DNA of 64,000 bases from Candidatus Marinacidobacterium sp. (GTDB taxonomy: Bacteria; Acidobacteriota; Vicinamibacteria; Marinacidobacterales; Marinacidobacteraceae), in NCBI GenBank assembly GCA_965204755.1, contig OZ242011.1, forward strand, positions 2,944,001 to 3,008,000. Direction: 5' to 3'. The number at the start of each line of letters is the position of its first letter. The stretch's first letter is position 1. Made by a program: the position numbers and the translations under genes. Below, piece by piece: positions 19,506-28,240 of this stretch. The notes beneath the pieces were generated by a model. That model saw only the letters and a list, made by a program, of their open reading frames with translations, searched no databases and was not told where the DNA came from.

Positions 19506-20201
19506 TCAGCGGCCGGGTGTCTCGATGACACCGGTGATCCGCAGCCCCGGATGACGCGCGGTTCCGGCCCGGCCCAGGTCGAGGAGCAGGGCCACGGCGG
19601 CCTCCGCCCGGCGGGCGCCGCCGAGCGGCCCGGCGGGCACGGCGCGGAGACCGGTGATCGCGACCGCGAGCGCCGCCGCCTCCCGGTCCTCGGCCCGGTC
19701 GGCGAAGACGAGCGCGTCCGGCTGCTCCGGCGGGCGCCCGCCGGTTTCGCCGGGGGGCGGCGCCGCGTGGAGGGCGGCGGCGGCGACCGTCTGGAAGGCC
19801 GCCGCGACCCGGGCCTCCGGAACGCCGGCCTCCCGCAGCGCTCGCTCGGCCTCTTCCGCCGCGCTGGTGTCCCGGCCGGCGCCGGGGGGCCAGAGCACGG
19901 CGCAGGAGATCACCAACCGGCCGCGCAGGGTGTCTCCCAGTTCGCGGATCAACGCTTCCTGGGCCGCCGCCGGAACCGCGAGGAAGACCGCGTCCGCGCC
20001 GTCGGCGGCGGCCCGGTTCGCCGCCCCCTCGACCGCGGCGGGCCGCCGTTCGCCCTCGAGGCGTCGGCGGATCTCCCCGGCGGCGGCCTCGGCGCGACCA
20101 GGCGTCCGGGAGCCGATCCGCACCTCGGCGCCGCCGGAGGCCAGCCGGTACGCCAGCCCGCGCCCGAACGGCCCGGCGCCGCCGAGCACCGCAGTCCGCA
20201 C
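19506..20201 (-). CDS. npdG: NADPH-dependent F420 reductase
   Basis: VLGGAGPFGRGLAYRLA..IGSR, NRAAA, FLAVP, SAAEE, AAFQTVAA; adjacent to cofE. Confidence 0.75.
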   Translation of the reverse strand: MRTAVLGGAGPFGRGLAYRLASGGAEVRIGSRTPGRAEAAAGEIRRRLEGERRPAAVEGAANRAAADGADAVFLAVPAAAQEALIRELGDTLRGRLVISCAVLWPPGAGRDTSAAEEAERALREAGVPEARVAAAFQTVAAAALHAAPPPGETGGRPPEQPDALVFADRAEDREAAALAVAITGLRAVPAGPLGGARRAEAAVALLLDLGRAGTARHPGLRITGVIETPGR

Positions 20202-20212
20202 CGCCGGACGGG

Positions 20213-21124
20213 CTAGCGGAACAGGTCCTCGCCGGCGTCCCGCAGCAGCGCCGCGGCGCCCGCGCGATCGTCCCCGCGATCGTCCCTGCGATCGTTCCCG
20301 CCATCGCCGTTCGACTCGCCCTCTTCGGTCGTCTCGCCCTCCGTCCCCGACACGGCTTCCGGCAGCCCCCGAACGACCACGGCGGGGATCCGCCGGACCT
20401 TTCCCATCACCAGCCCCGCCGCCGCCGCCACCGCGTCCGGAAGCGCCAGCGCCGACGCCGTGAGTTCCCGTCCCGCCGCATCCGACGCCCCCCGGTGATC
20501 GAGCAGCGCCGGCAGCCCGGCCATGCCGATCGCCACATCCACGGCGCCGAGTCGGAACGGCCGGCCCCAGGTGTCCGTGATGAGAACCGCGATCCGCCGG
20601 CCGGTCGCAGCCCGGATTTCCGCCCGCAGCCGCGCCGCCGAGGCGTCGGGATCCTCCGGCAGCAGGCAGAGGCTGTCCGGCGGAGCGTTCGACAGGTCCA
20701 CCCCGGAGTTGGCGCACACGAAACCGTGGTGGGTCTCCGTGATGAGCACCGACTCCCCGGTGCGCACCATCCGGCGCGCTTCGGCGACCACCGCCTGGAT
20801 CTCCCGCGGGTCGCGGCCGTTGGCCAGCGCCCAGGCGCGCGCGATGCGGCTGGGCTTCAACTCGTCCAGCCGAGCCACGCGTCCTTCCGACTTGGAGACC
20901 ACCTTCTGGCAGATCGCGAGGCAGTCGCCGTCCTCCGGTTCGAGCCCGGCCCGGGCCATGGCCTCGATCACCAGCGGGATCAGGGCGTCTCCTTCGGTGA
21001 TTTCGGGCAGCCCGGTCAGCGGAGAGCACCGCAGCCCGCCGCCCGCGCCGCCGCGCTCCCCGGTGGCGGCGGAGTCGTCGTCGGCCGGCCCGGTCTCGGT
21101 GATCGGCGGCGGGGAGTCGTTCAC
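20213..21124 (-). CDS. cofE: Coenzyme F420-0:L-glutamate ligase
   Basis: QKVVSKSEGR, HGFVCANSGVDLSN, LLPEDPDASA, DTWGRPFRLG. Confidence 0.9.
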   Translation of the reverse strand: MNDSPPPITETGPADDDSAATGERGGAGGGLRCSPLTGLPEITEGDALIPLVIEAMARAGLEPEDGDCLAICQKVVSKSEGRVARLDELKPSRIARAWALANGRDPREIQAVVAEARRMVRTGESVLITETHHGFVCANSGVDLSNAPPDSLCLLPEDPDASAARLRAEIRAATGRRIAVLITDTWGRPFRLGAVDVAIGMAGLPALLDHRGASDAAGRELTASALALPDAVAAAAGLVMGKVRRIPAVVVRGLPEAVSGTEGETTEEGESNGDGGNDRRDDRGDDRAGAAALLRDAGEDLFR

Positions 21125-22158
21125 TGTCGGGAGGCGGTGAGCGTACGAAAGTCGAGGAAGTCGTAGTGCACCCGCCGGCGGATGCGGCGGAAGAAGTACA
21201 CCCGGGCGTTCACCGTGAGGGTGACCCGGTGCGGCAGCCAGATGCGCCCGTCGAAGCCGCTCTCCACATCGGCGCTCGTCCCGGCGTAGAGGCGGCCGAA
21301 GAGACCGGCGACGAAGTTCTCCCCTTCGGTGAGCCGGGCCCGGACCCGCGCCACCTGGAGCGCGGCGGGATCCACCCAGAGTTCGCCTTCGCCCTTGGAC
21401 ACGACGGACATCATCCGGTTCGGCGCGCCGCGGAACCCGGGCCGGGGCCGGAACCGCACGATCCGCATCGTCCGCCCCCGGAGCGGCGGCCCTTCCACCA
21501 GGTCGCCCTCGAACATCTCGAGTTCCATGGCGTCGCGGACGATCTCGTAGAACAGGTCCATCCCGTTCTTCGGGGCCACTTCGTAGTCCGGGTCGCTCCG
21601 CGCCAGCGCTTCCTCGTCCTCCCGCGCCTCCCGGACCGCGTCGCGGACCGCCTTCCGGTAGCGGCGTTCCTCCCGGCGCAGGTCGCGCCCGGAGATCGGC
21701 GTCCCGTCGCGTTCGAGGAGTTTCCAGAGGTGCCGGCCGGCCACCGGCGTGTACTCGTAGAGCGCGTCCGCCGCGCCCACCACCTCGCGCTCGGCGCTGA
21801 GCGACTCGGTGGTGATCAACTGGCGGAAGGTCAGGGCGCCTTCCACCGGGCGGACTTCCGCGCGGCGGTCGAGGACGGAGCGGAGCAGGGATTCCGCCGC
21901 CGCCTGCCCGCCGATCCGCGCCGCCGGGCCGGTCGGGGTGTCCTGCGCCGCGGCGGGCGCGGCGGGGAGAACCGCCGCGGCGGGGAGGAGCGCCGCGGAG
22001 AGGAACGCAGCGGGAAGGATCGGGCGCGGCGCGGGCGGCCGAACGCGGATGCCGGGAGGTTCGCCGGCTTCCGCCTCCCGGTGTCCGGACGCCGGGACGG
22101 TCGGCACGAGCGGTTCGAGCGGTGGGGGAGGCGCCGGCGGGAAGACGGCGGTCGGCAA
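21121..22158 (-). CDS. Hypothetical exported protein (start likely internal)
   Basis: Signal-like segment ending AAAQD; GELWVD..GRIWLP beta-rich C-terminus; stop overlaps the cofE start. Confidence 0.65.
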   Translation of the reverse strand: MPTAVFPPAPPPPLEPLVPTVPASGHREAEAGEPPGIRVRPPAPRPILPAAFLSAALLPAAAVLPAAPAAAQDTPTGPAARIGGQAAAESLLRSVLDRRAEVRPVEGALTFRQLITTESLSAEREVVGAADALYEYTPVAGRHLWKLLERDGTPISGRDLRREERRYRKAVRDAVREAREDEEALARSDPDYEVAPKNGMDLFYEIVRDAMELEMFEGDLVEGPPLRGRTMRIVRFRPRPGFRGAPNRMMSVVSKGEGELWVDPAALQVARVRARLTEGENFVAGLFGRLYAGTSADVESGFDGRIWLPHRVTLTVNARVYFFRRIRRRVHYDFLDFRTLTASRQ

Positions 22159-22208
22159 CTCCGGGCGAAGTGTAGGCGCGGGGAGGGGGTCGGCTACGGT
22201 TCCCCGCC

Positions 22209-23969
22209 GTGGCGTTCACCGGACTCGACTGGGCGGTGCTCGCCGCGTACATCGCCGCCGCGGCGGCGATCGGCCTCGGTGCCGCCCGCTCCGCCGGCCG
22301 CGGGACTTCCTCCTTCTTCCTCGGCGGACGGCGGCTCCCCTGGTGGCTGCTCGGCACCTCGATGGTGGCGACCACCTTCTCCACCGACACGCCGAACCTG
22401 GTCGCCGAACTGGTCCGCCAGAACGGCGTCGCCGCGAACTGGACCTGGTGGGCCTTCTGCCTCACCGGGATGCTCACGGTGTTCGTGTTCGCCCCGCTCT
22501 GGCGGCGGAGCGGGCTGGTCACCGACCTCGGCTTCTACGAACTGAGATACGCCGGGCGCCCGGCGGCCTTCCTGCGCGCCTTCCGCGCCGCGTACCTGGG
22601 CATCTTCTTCAACTGCGTGGTCATCGCCACGGTCACCCTCGCCGGCGCGAAGATCGGCGGGGCGCTCTTCGGGCTGGAAAAGGCCACCGCGGTGATCGCC
22701 GCCGGCGTGCTCGCCGCCGGGTACGCGGTGGTCTCCGGGTTCCGGGGAGTGGTGGTCACCGACCTCCTCCAGTTCGCCGTCTCGGTGACCGGCGCGGTCG
22801 TCGCCGCGGTCTGGGCGCTCGGCCATCCCCGGGTAGGAGGGCTCGACGGACTGACCGGGGCGCTCGGCGACCGCCTGGCCTTCGTGCCGCCCACCGGCTC
22901 GGAGGCCTTCGCCGCCCTGTTCCTCGTCCCGGTGGCGCTCCAGTGGTGGAGCGTCTGGTACCCCGGCGCGGAGCCCGGCGGCGGCGGCTACATCGCCCAG
23001 CGGATGCTGGCGGCGCGGAGCGAAGAGGACGCCCGCCGGAGCGCGCTCTGGTTCACCGTCGCGCACTACGCGCTCCGGCCCTGGCCCTGGATCCTGGTGG
23101 CGCTGGCCTCGATCCTCGTCTATCCCGACCTCGCTTCGCTCCGGGCGGCGCTCCCCGGACTCGACCCGGCGCTGGTCGGGGACGACCTCGCCTATCCGGT
23201 CATGCTCCGGCTCCTGCCGCCCGGCCTGCTCGGACTGGCGGCGGCCTCGCTGGTCGGCGCCTACATGTCCACGGTGGACACCCACCTCAACTGGGGCGCG
23301 TCCTACCTGGTCGAGGATCTCTACCGCCGGTTCCTCCGTCCCGGAGCATCCGCGAAGGAGTCGGTGCGGGTGGCCCGCGCCGCCACCGTGCTGCTCATGG
23401 CCGGGGCGGCGCTGCTCACCCTGACCATCGACACCGCCCGCGGCGGGTTCGGCCTGCTGCTGCAGATCGGCGCCGGGACCGGGCCGCTGTTCGTCGCCCG
23501 CTGGCTCTGGTGGCGGATCAACGCCTGGTCGGAGATCCTGGCGATGACCGGCTCGCTGCTGGTGGCGGTTTCGCTGCCGGCGCTCGGGGTCGAGCCGGGT
23601 TCCGCCTCCGGCCTGGCGCTCGGGATCGCCGCGACCACGGCGATCTGGCTTACCGCCACGCTGCTGACCCCGCCGGAGGACCCCGCCGCGCTCGACCGCT
23701 TCGTCGAGAAGATCCGCCCGCCCGCCCCCGGCTGGCGCGCCGCCTACCGGCGCACCGGCGCGCGGCCCGCCCCGTCCGCGCGCGCCTTCGCCGCCTGGCC
23801 GCTGGCCTGCGTGATGGTGTACGCCGCGCTCTTCGGGACGGGGGCGCTGTTGCTCGGCCGCAGCCCGATCGTCGTCGCGGCGTTCGCCGCGCTCCTCGTC
23901 GCGAGCGCCCTCGCGGTCGCCCGCCTCCTCCGCCCCCGCCCCGGAATCGCCGCCTCCCCCGGGAGTTGA
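22209..23969 (+). CDS. Sodium:solute symporter family protein
   Basis: FFLGGRRLPWW, SMVATTFSTDTP, YIAQRMLAA, AYMSTVDTHLN. Confidence 0.92.
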   Translation: MAFTGLDWAVLAAYIAAAAAIGLGAARSAGRGTSSFFLGGRRLPWWLLGTSMVATTFSTDTPNLVAELVRQNGVAANWTWWAFCLTGMLTVFVFAPLWRRSGLVTDLGFYELRYAGRPAAFLRAFRAAYLGIFFNCVVIATVTLAGAKIGGALFGLEKATAVIAAGVLAAGYAVVSGFRGVVVTDLLQFAVSVTGAVVAAVWALGHPRVGGLDGLTGALGDRLAFVPPTGSEAFAALFLVPVALQWWSVWYPGAEPGGGGYIAQRMLAARSEEDARRSALWFTVAHYALRPWPWILVALASILVYPDLASLRAALPGLDPALVGDDLAYPVMLRLLPPGLLGLAAASLVGAYMSTVDTHLNWGASYLVEDLYRRFLRPGASAKESVRVARAATVLLMAGAALLTLTIDTARGGFGLLLQIGAGTGPLFVARWLWWRINAWSEILAMTGSLLVAVSLPALGVEPGSASGLALGIAATTAIWLTATLLTPPEDPAALDRFVEKIRPPAPGWRAAYRRTGARPAPSARAFAAWPLACVMVYAALFGTGALLLGRSPIVVAAFAALLVASALAVARLLRPRPGIAASPGS

Positions 23970-24056
23970 CGCCGCCTTCCCGGAACCGACGCCGCCTCCG
24001 CGGGAATCGGCGTCACCCCGGTCAGGCCGGCGCGCCGCGGCCGCTCGCGCCCGTCG

Positions 24057-25640
24057 TCAGGGGTCCTCGGCGCCCGGGCCTTCGAGCGGGATGGCCGGGA
24101 CTGCGGCGGCGGCCGGTTCGCCGTCCTCCGGCGCATCCCCGCAGGGAGCGAGTTCCTCCCGCAGCCGCGCGCTCCGCTGCCGGCGGCGCCGGACGATGCC
24201 CGCCACCGTCTCCATCCGCTGGCGGGGGCCCGCGCTCCGTCGGACGCCTTCGACGGCTCGACCGGCATCGGACGGAGTGAGCCCCGGCAGGACCGCCGAC
24301 GCCTCCAGCGGACGGGCCGGCGCCCCTCGCCCCAGGGCCAGGAAGTCCGCCCGGAGCATCTTCTCCCCGCGCTTGCCGCTGATGCGCCAGAACTCCCGAA
24401 CGCCCAAGTCGGCGTACCGGGCGATCTTGCCCTCGTCGGCGTGGGTGATCTCGACTTCGACCACGAGGTCCGGGCCGTTTTGTTCGAGGAATGCTTGCGC
24501 GGCTTCCTCGCTCTCGGCCTCGGCGCGGAGGTAGGCCTCGGCCCGTTCCCCCACATGGAAGCAACAGTCCGGTTCCGGACCGGTTCCCGGAGGTTCCCCC
24601 TCCCCGCGCAGGCGCACATTCCCGAATTTGGCCGTGGCCCGGCCCAGCGCCTCCGCCGCGCAGTCCACGATGTCGTCGAGGACCACGCCCAGGCGCTCGT
24701 GGAGGCGCGAAGGGCTCATGAGGACGACGACTTCCCGCGCCGGGTCGAGCCATACCCGGCGGAACCGGCTCGTCCAGTCCAGCCCGGCGAGGGCCGCCAC
24801 CGTCGCCGCGTCCGCGCGCAGGCGGTAGATCGTCGAGCCGAGCGGCCCGACGAAACTCGTGCGCTCCGGCGGCGGGACCGCGCCGCCCGCCGGCGGCGGC
24901 GCCCCGTAGGGGGCGCGTTCTTCCCGCACCCGGAAACTCTCGCGTCGGCGCCGCCGGACGATGCGCGCCACCCACTCGATGCCCTCCCGGGGGTCCAGGC
25001 TCAGTTGGACACCCTCGACGGCTTCGCAGACATCCGGCGGAGTGAGCCCCGGCAGGACCGCCGACGCCTCCAGCGGACGCGGCGCCGCGCCCCGGCCGAG
25101 AGCCAGGAAGTCCGCCGAGAGCGTCTCCCCTCCGCGCTTGCCGCGCAGTCTCCAGAACTCCCGGACCCCCAGGTCGGCGTAACGAACGATCTTGCCCTCG
25201 TCCGCGTGGGTGATCTCGACTTCGACGACGAGGTCCGGGCCGTTCTCCGCGAGGAAGGCGTCCGCCGCTTCCTGGCTCCCGGCCAGCGCCTCGACATAGG
25301 CGCGGGCGCGCTCCCCGACATAGAAGGAGCAGTCCGGCTCCATGCCCGTTCCGGGCGGCGCGTCCTTCCCGCGCAGGCGAACGCTCCGGAGTTTGGCGGA
25401 GGCGCGGCCCAGGACGCCGGCCGCCGCCCGCACGATGTCGTCGAAGACCCCGGTCAGGCCTTCGTGGCGGGGTGACGGGGACATGAGGACGACGACCCCC
25501 CCGACCGGGTCCAGCCACACCCGGCGGAAGCGGCTCGTCCAGTCCAGACCGGCGAGCGCGGCCACCGTCGCCGCGTCCGCGCGCAGGCGGTAGATCGTCG
25601 AGCCGAGCGGCCCGACGAAACTCGTGCTCGTCCCGGTCAT
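24057..25640 (-). CDS. Uma2 (DUF820, PD-(D/E)XK-fold) family protein with two tandem domains
   Basis: Occurs twice: MSPS..H, EPDC.F, PDLVVEVEIT, K..RYADLGVREFW; GAGGAG RBS. Confidence 0.88.
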   Translation of the reverse strand: MTGTSTSFVGPLGSTIYRLRADAATVAALAGLDWTSRFRRVWLDPVGGVVVLMSPSPRHEGLTGVFDDIVRAAAGVLGRASAKLRSVRLRGKDAPPGTGMEPDCSFYVGERARAYVEALAGSQEAADAFLAENGPDLVVEVEITHADEGKIVRYADLGVREFWRLRGKRGGETLSADFLALGRGAAPRPLEASAVLPGLTPPDVCEAVEGVQLSLDPREGIEWVARIVRRRRRESFRVREERAPYGAPPPAGGAVPPPERTSFVGPLGSTIYRLRADAATVAALAGLDWTSRFRRVWLDPAREVVVLMSPSRLHERLGVVLDDIVDCAAEALGRATAKFGNVRLRGEGEPPGTGPEPDCCFHVGERAEAYLRAEAESEEAAQAFLEQNGPDLVVEVEITHADEGKIARYADLGVREFWRISGKRGEKMLRADFLALGRGAPARPLEASAVLPGLTPSDAGRAVEGVRRSAGPRQRMETVAGIVRRRRQRSARLREELAPCGDAPEDGEPAAAAVPAIPLEGPGAEDP

Positions 25641-25725
25641 CCGGGCTCCTCGGCGCCCGGGCCTTCGGGCGGGACAGCCTCGCCGGCGGCGGCGTCCGGG
25701 CGGGCGCCCGACGGAGCGGGACGGG

Positions 25726-26424
25726 TCACGGCGCGGCCTCCGGGGCGGGCCGGCCGGCGAGCCGCGCGAGAACCCGGCGCGCGACGCCCGATCGCCTCTC
25801 TCCCTGCGCCGCCCAGTCGCCGGCGGCCCACAACTCCTCCAAGTCTTCCCGGTGGACGCCGGGAACGACTTCGGACGCGGGAACCGACTCCGCCTCCGCT
25901 CCCGGCCGGCGGCGGTGGATCGCCGCCCCGCCCGTCGGCGTCCACGCCCAGACCTCGCGCACTCCCGAGTCGAAGTAGTCGCCGCGCTTTTCCGCCGCGC
26001 GCGCCGGCGGGGAACTCCGGTCGATCTCCACGACCAGCGGCGGCGGTCGGTGCCCGCGTTCCGGACAGCACGCCTCGTCGAAGCCGAAACCGAGTTCGAC
26101 TCCGGGGTCGAAGAAGTAGAACGACTCGTCCGGTTCCAGCACCGAGCCGCGCCACTCGATCCGGAGCGCGCCGGCCCCGTACGCCCGGTCGCCGCACACC
26201 GCGCGAACCAGGTCGTACGCCAGCCTCGCGCGGGAGTCGCGGCCGAGCATCGGCTCCGCCACCACCTCCGCCAGTCCGCGGCGAGCGTCGTAGTCCCCCC
26301 GCGGCCAGGCGAAACGGCTCGCCCCGCGGTCGAACTCCGCCCGCGTCATCCGCCGACCCTCCACGCCCCGCGCCGACCTCGCACTCGCCGGCTCGCCCGC
26401 ACTCGCCGGTTCGCCCGCACTCAC
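25726..26424 (-). CDS. Uma2 family protein, divergent paralogue
   Basis: EPDESFYF, PPLVVEIDRS, KRGDYFDSGVREVW. Confidence 0.78.
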   Translation of the reverse strand: MSAGEPASAGEPASARSARGVEGRRMTRAEFDRGASRFAWPRGDYDARRGLAEVVAEPMLGRDSRARLAYDLVRAVCGDRAYGAGALRIEWRGSVLEPDESFYFFDPGVELGFGFDEACCPERGHRPPPLVVEIDRSSPPARAAEKRGDYFDSGVREVWAWTPTGGAAIHRRRPGAEAESVPASEVVPGVHREDLEELWAAGDWAAQGERRSGVARRVLARLAGRPAPEAAP

Positions 26425-26467
26425 CGCCTCAGCCGCTCCTTTCCGCGCTCACGCGAAACGCACCCGT

Positions 26468-26540
26468 CAGTCTCGGTCTCGGGCTCGATTCCGGGCTCGA
26501 TATCGGGCTCGGTCTCGGGCTCGATCTCCGTCCCGATCCG
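26468..26540. repeat. Degenerate 12-bp tandem repeat (cgggctcgatNN-like)
   Basis: About five units visible between the Uma2 start and the 13-bp array. Confidence 0.65.
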
Positions 26541-26771
26541 GGCGCCGACCGCAGTGTAACCACTTGGTTCGACGGGCGCTTCCGCGCCTCCGGCGCCCCC
26601 GCGGGCTCGCCCCGGCGGCGGCGGAACGGCGTCGGATGACGCCGACTGTCGAGAGACACCAACCCTTGCGCAGTTGGGAGACACCGACTTTTGCGCACCC
26701 GGAAGCGGCGGAGGGGAGGCCGATCCCGAACTACGACCCGTCCACGAAAGCGGGGCGACCTCACCCCGCAG

Positions 26772-26848
26772 CTATACACAATTCCGTCCACCTATACACA
26801 ATTCCGGTCAGCTATACACAATTCGGGGGATCCAGCTATACACAATTC
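26772..26848 (+). repeat. Direct-repeat sub-array 1: four copies of CTATACACAATTC
   Basis: Exact copies at 26772, 26792, 26812 and 26836. Confidence 0.97.
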
Positions 26849-27026
26849 GGCTGAACCCCTTGCGGCCGTAGGCGATACGAGAAACCATCGGGCGGCCCGG
26901 GACGCCCCTCCGGGAGGCGTACGCGGCCCTCGGATGCCCCATGTGCGGCTTCCCGGGCTCCCCGGCGGTCGTCCGGCGAGTCCCGAAGCGGCGTGTTCCG
27001 CCGCCGGCCCGCGCCGCGGCGTCCAC

Positions 27027-27137
27027 CTATACACAATTCGCGTCACCTATACACAATTCCGGGCCGAGCTATACACAATTCGGCCGAGCTATACACAATT
27101 CGACCTATACACAATTCCGCTCACCTATACACAATTC
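27027..27137 (+). repeat. Direct-repeat sub-array 2: six copies of CTATACACAATTC
   Basis: Exact copies at 27027, 27047, 27069, 27089, 27105 and 27125. Confidence 0.97.
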
Positions 27138-27317
27138 GCCCACCGCCCGGCGGGGGCGCGGGACGAGCGGGGGCTCTCCCCGCGGAGCCGTCGGAAGCGG
27201 AGGGCGCCCCGGAGGCCGAGGCGGAGGATCGGGCGAAGGATCGGGGCGGCTTCGCCGCCCGGCGGCGCGTCCGACTTCCCGCCGCCCGGCGGGGGCGCCG
27301 GCCGCTCGCGCCCCTCG

Positions 27318-28133
27318 TTACGGCTCCTCGGTGCTCAGGCCATCGAGCGGGATGGCTCCGACGGCGGCGGCGGCCGGCGCCCCGACCGCCGCCTCCCCGT
27401 AGGGCGCCCGCTCCTCGCGCACGCGCACGCTCTGCTGCCGGCGGCGCCGGACGATGCTCGCCACCGTCTCGATCCGGTCACGGTTGTGCGGGCTCCGCCG
27501 GACGCCCTCGACGGCTCGACAGACATCCGACGGAGTGAGCCCCGACAGGACCTCCGACGCGTCCAGCGGACGCGGCGGCGCCCCTCGCCGGAGGGCCAGG
27601 AAGTCCGCCCGGAGCGTCTTCTCCCCGCGTTTGCCGCGGAGGCGCCAGAACTCCCGCACGCCCAGGTCGGCGTACCGGGCGGTCTTCCCTTCGTCGGCGT
27701 GGGTGACCTCCACCTCGACCACCAGGTCCGGGCCGTTCTGCTCGAGGAACGCCTGCGCGGCTTCCTCGCTCTCGGCCGCGGCGTCCAGATACGCCCGGGC
27801 TCGATCCCCGACATAGAAGGAACAATCCGGTTCCATGCCGGTGCCGGGAGGCTCCCCTCTCCCGCGGAGGCGCACGCTCCCGGACTTGGTCGAGGCGCGG
27901 CCCAGCGCGTCCGCCGCCGCACCCACGATCTCGTCGATGACCCGGGTCAGGAGTTCATGGAGCGGCGACGGAGACATGAGGACCACCACTTCCCGCACCG
28001 GGTCCAGCCACACCCGGCGGAAGCGGCTCGTCAGGTCCAGGCCGGCGAGCGCGGCCACCGTCGCCGCGTCCGCGCGCAGGCGGTAGATCGTCGAGCCGAG
28101 CGGCCCGACGAAACTCGTGCTCGTCTCCGTCAC
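27318..28133 (-). CDS. Uma2 family protein, close paralogue of both domains in 24057-25640
   Basis: GTG start after GGAGG; EPDCSFYVG, PDLVVEVEVT, RYADLGVREFW. Confidence 0.88.
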   Translation of the reverse strand: MTETSTSFVGPLGSTIYRLRADAATVAALAGLDLTSRFRRVWLDPVREVVVLMSPSPLHELLTRVIDEIVGAAADALGRASTKSGSVRLRGRGEPPGTGMEPDCSFYVGDRARAYLDAAAESEEAAQAFLEQNGPDLVVEVEVTHADEGKTARYADLGVREFWRLRGKRGEKTLRADFLALRRGAPPRPLDASEVLSGLTPSDVCRAVEGVRRSPHNRDRIETVASIVRRRRQQSVRVREERAPYGEAAVGAPAAAAVGAIPLDGLSTEEP

Positions 28134-28240
28134 CGATGTTCCTCCGAAGTCCGAAGGGTAACGGCGACGATCGGGCGGCCGCGGGTTTCCGCGGCGGGAC
28201 GGGCCGCCGCGGGTCCGGCCGGCCGCCGGCCGGGAGCGGG

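Noticed and set aside
26853-26865. IHF-like site (AACCCCTTG) beside sub-array 1
   Set aside because: Matches only the AAN4TTG core; too weak to call.
26772-27137. CRISPR array
   Set aside because: The 13-bp repeat and 3-11-bp, mutually similar spacers are far too short; no cas genes are present.
26772-27137. TIGR-Tas array
   Set aside because: Only one repeat type is present rather than alternating edge and loop repeats, and no Nop-domain gene was recognised nearby.
26691-27538. ORFs with LYTI, YTQF or IHNS peptide repeats
   Set aside because: The repeat periods are mostly not multiples of three, so the peptides hop between frames; this is a DNA-level repeat.
24057-28133. Diversity-generating retroelement acting on the Uma2 copies
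   Set aside because: No reverse transcriptase in the window, and the differences are not evidently adenine-specific.
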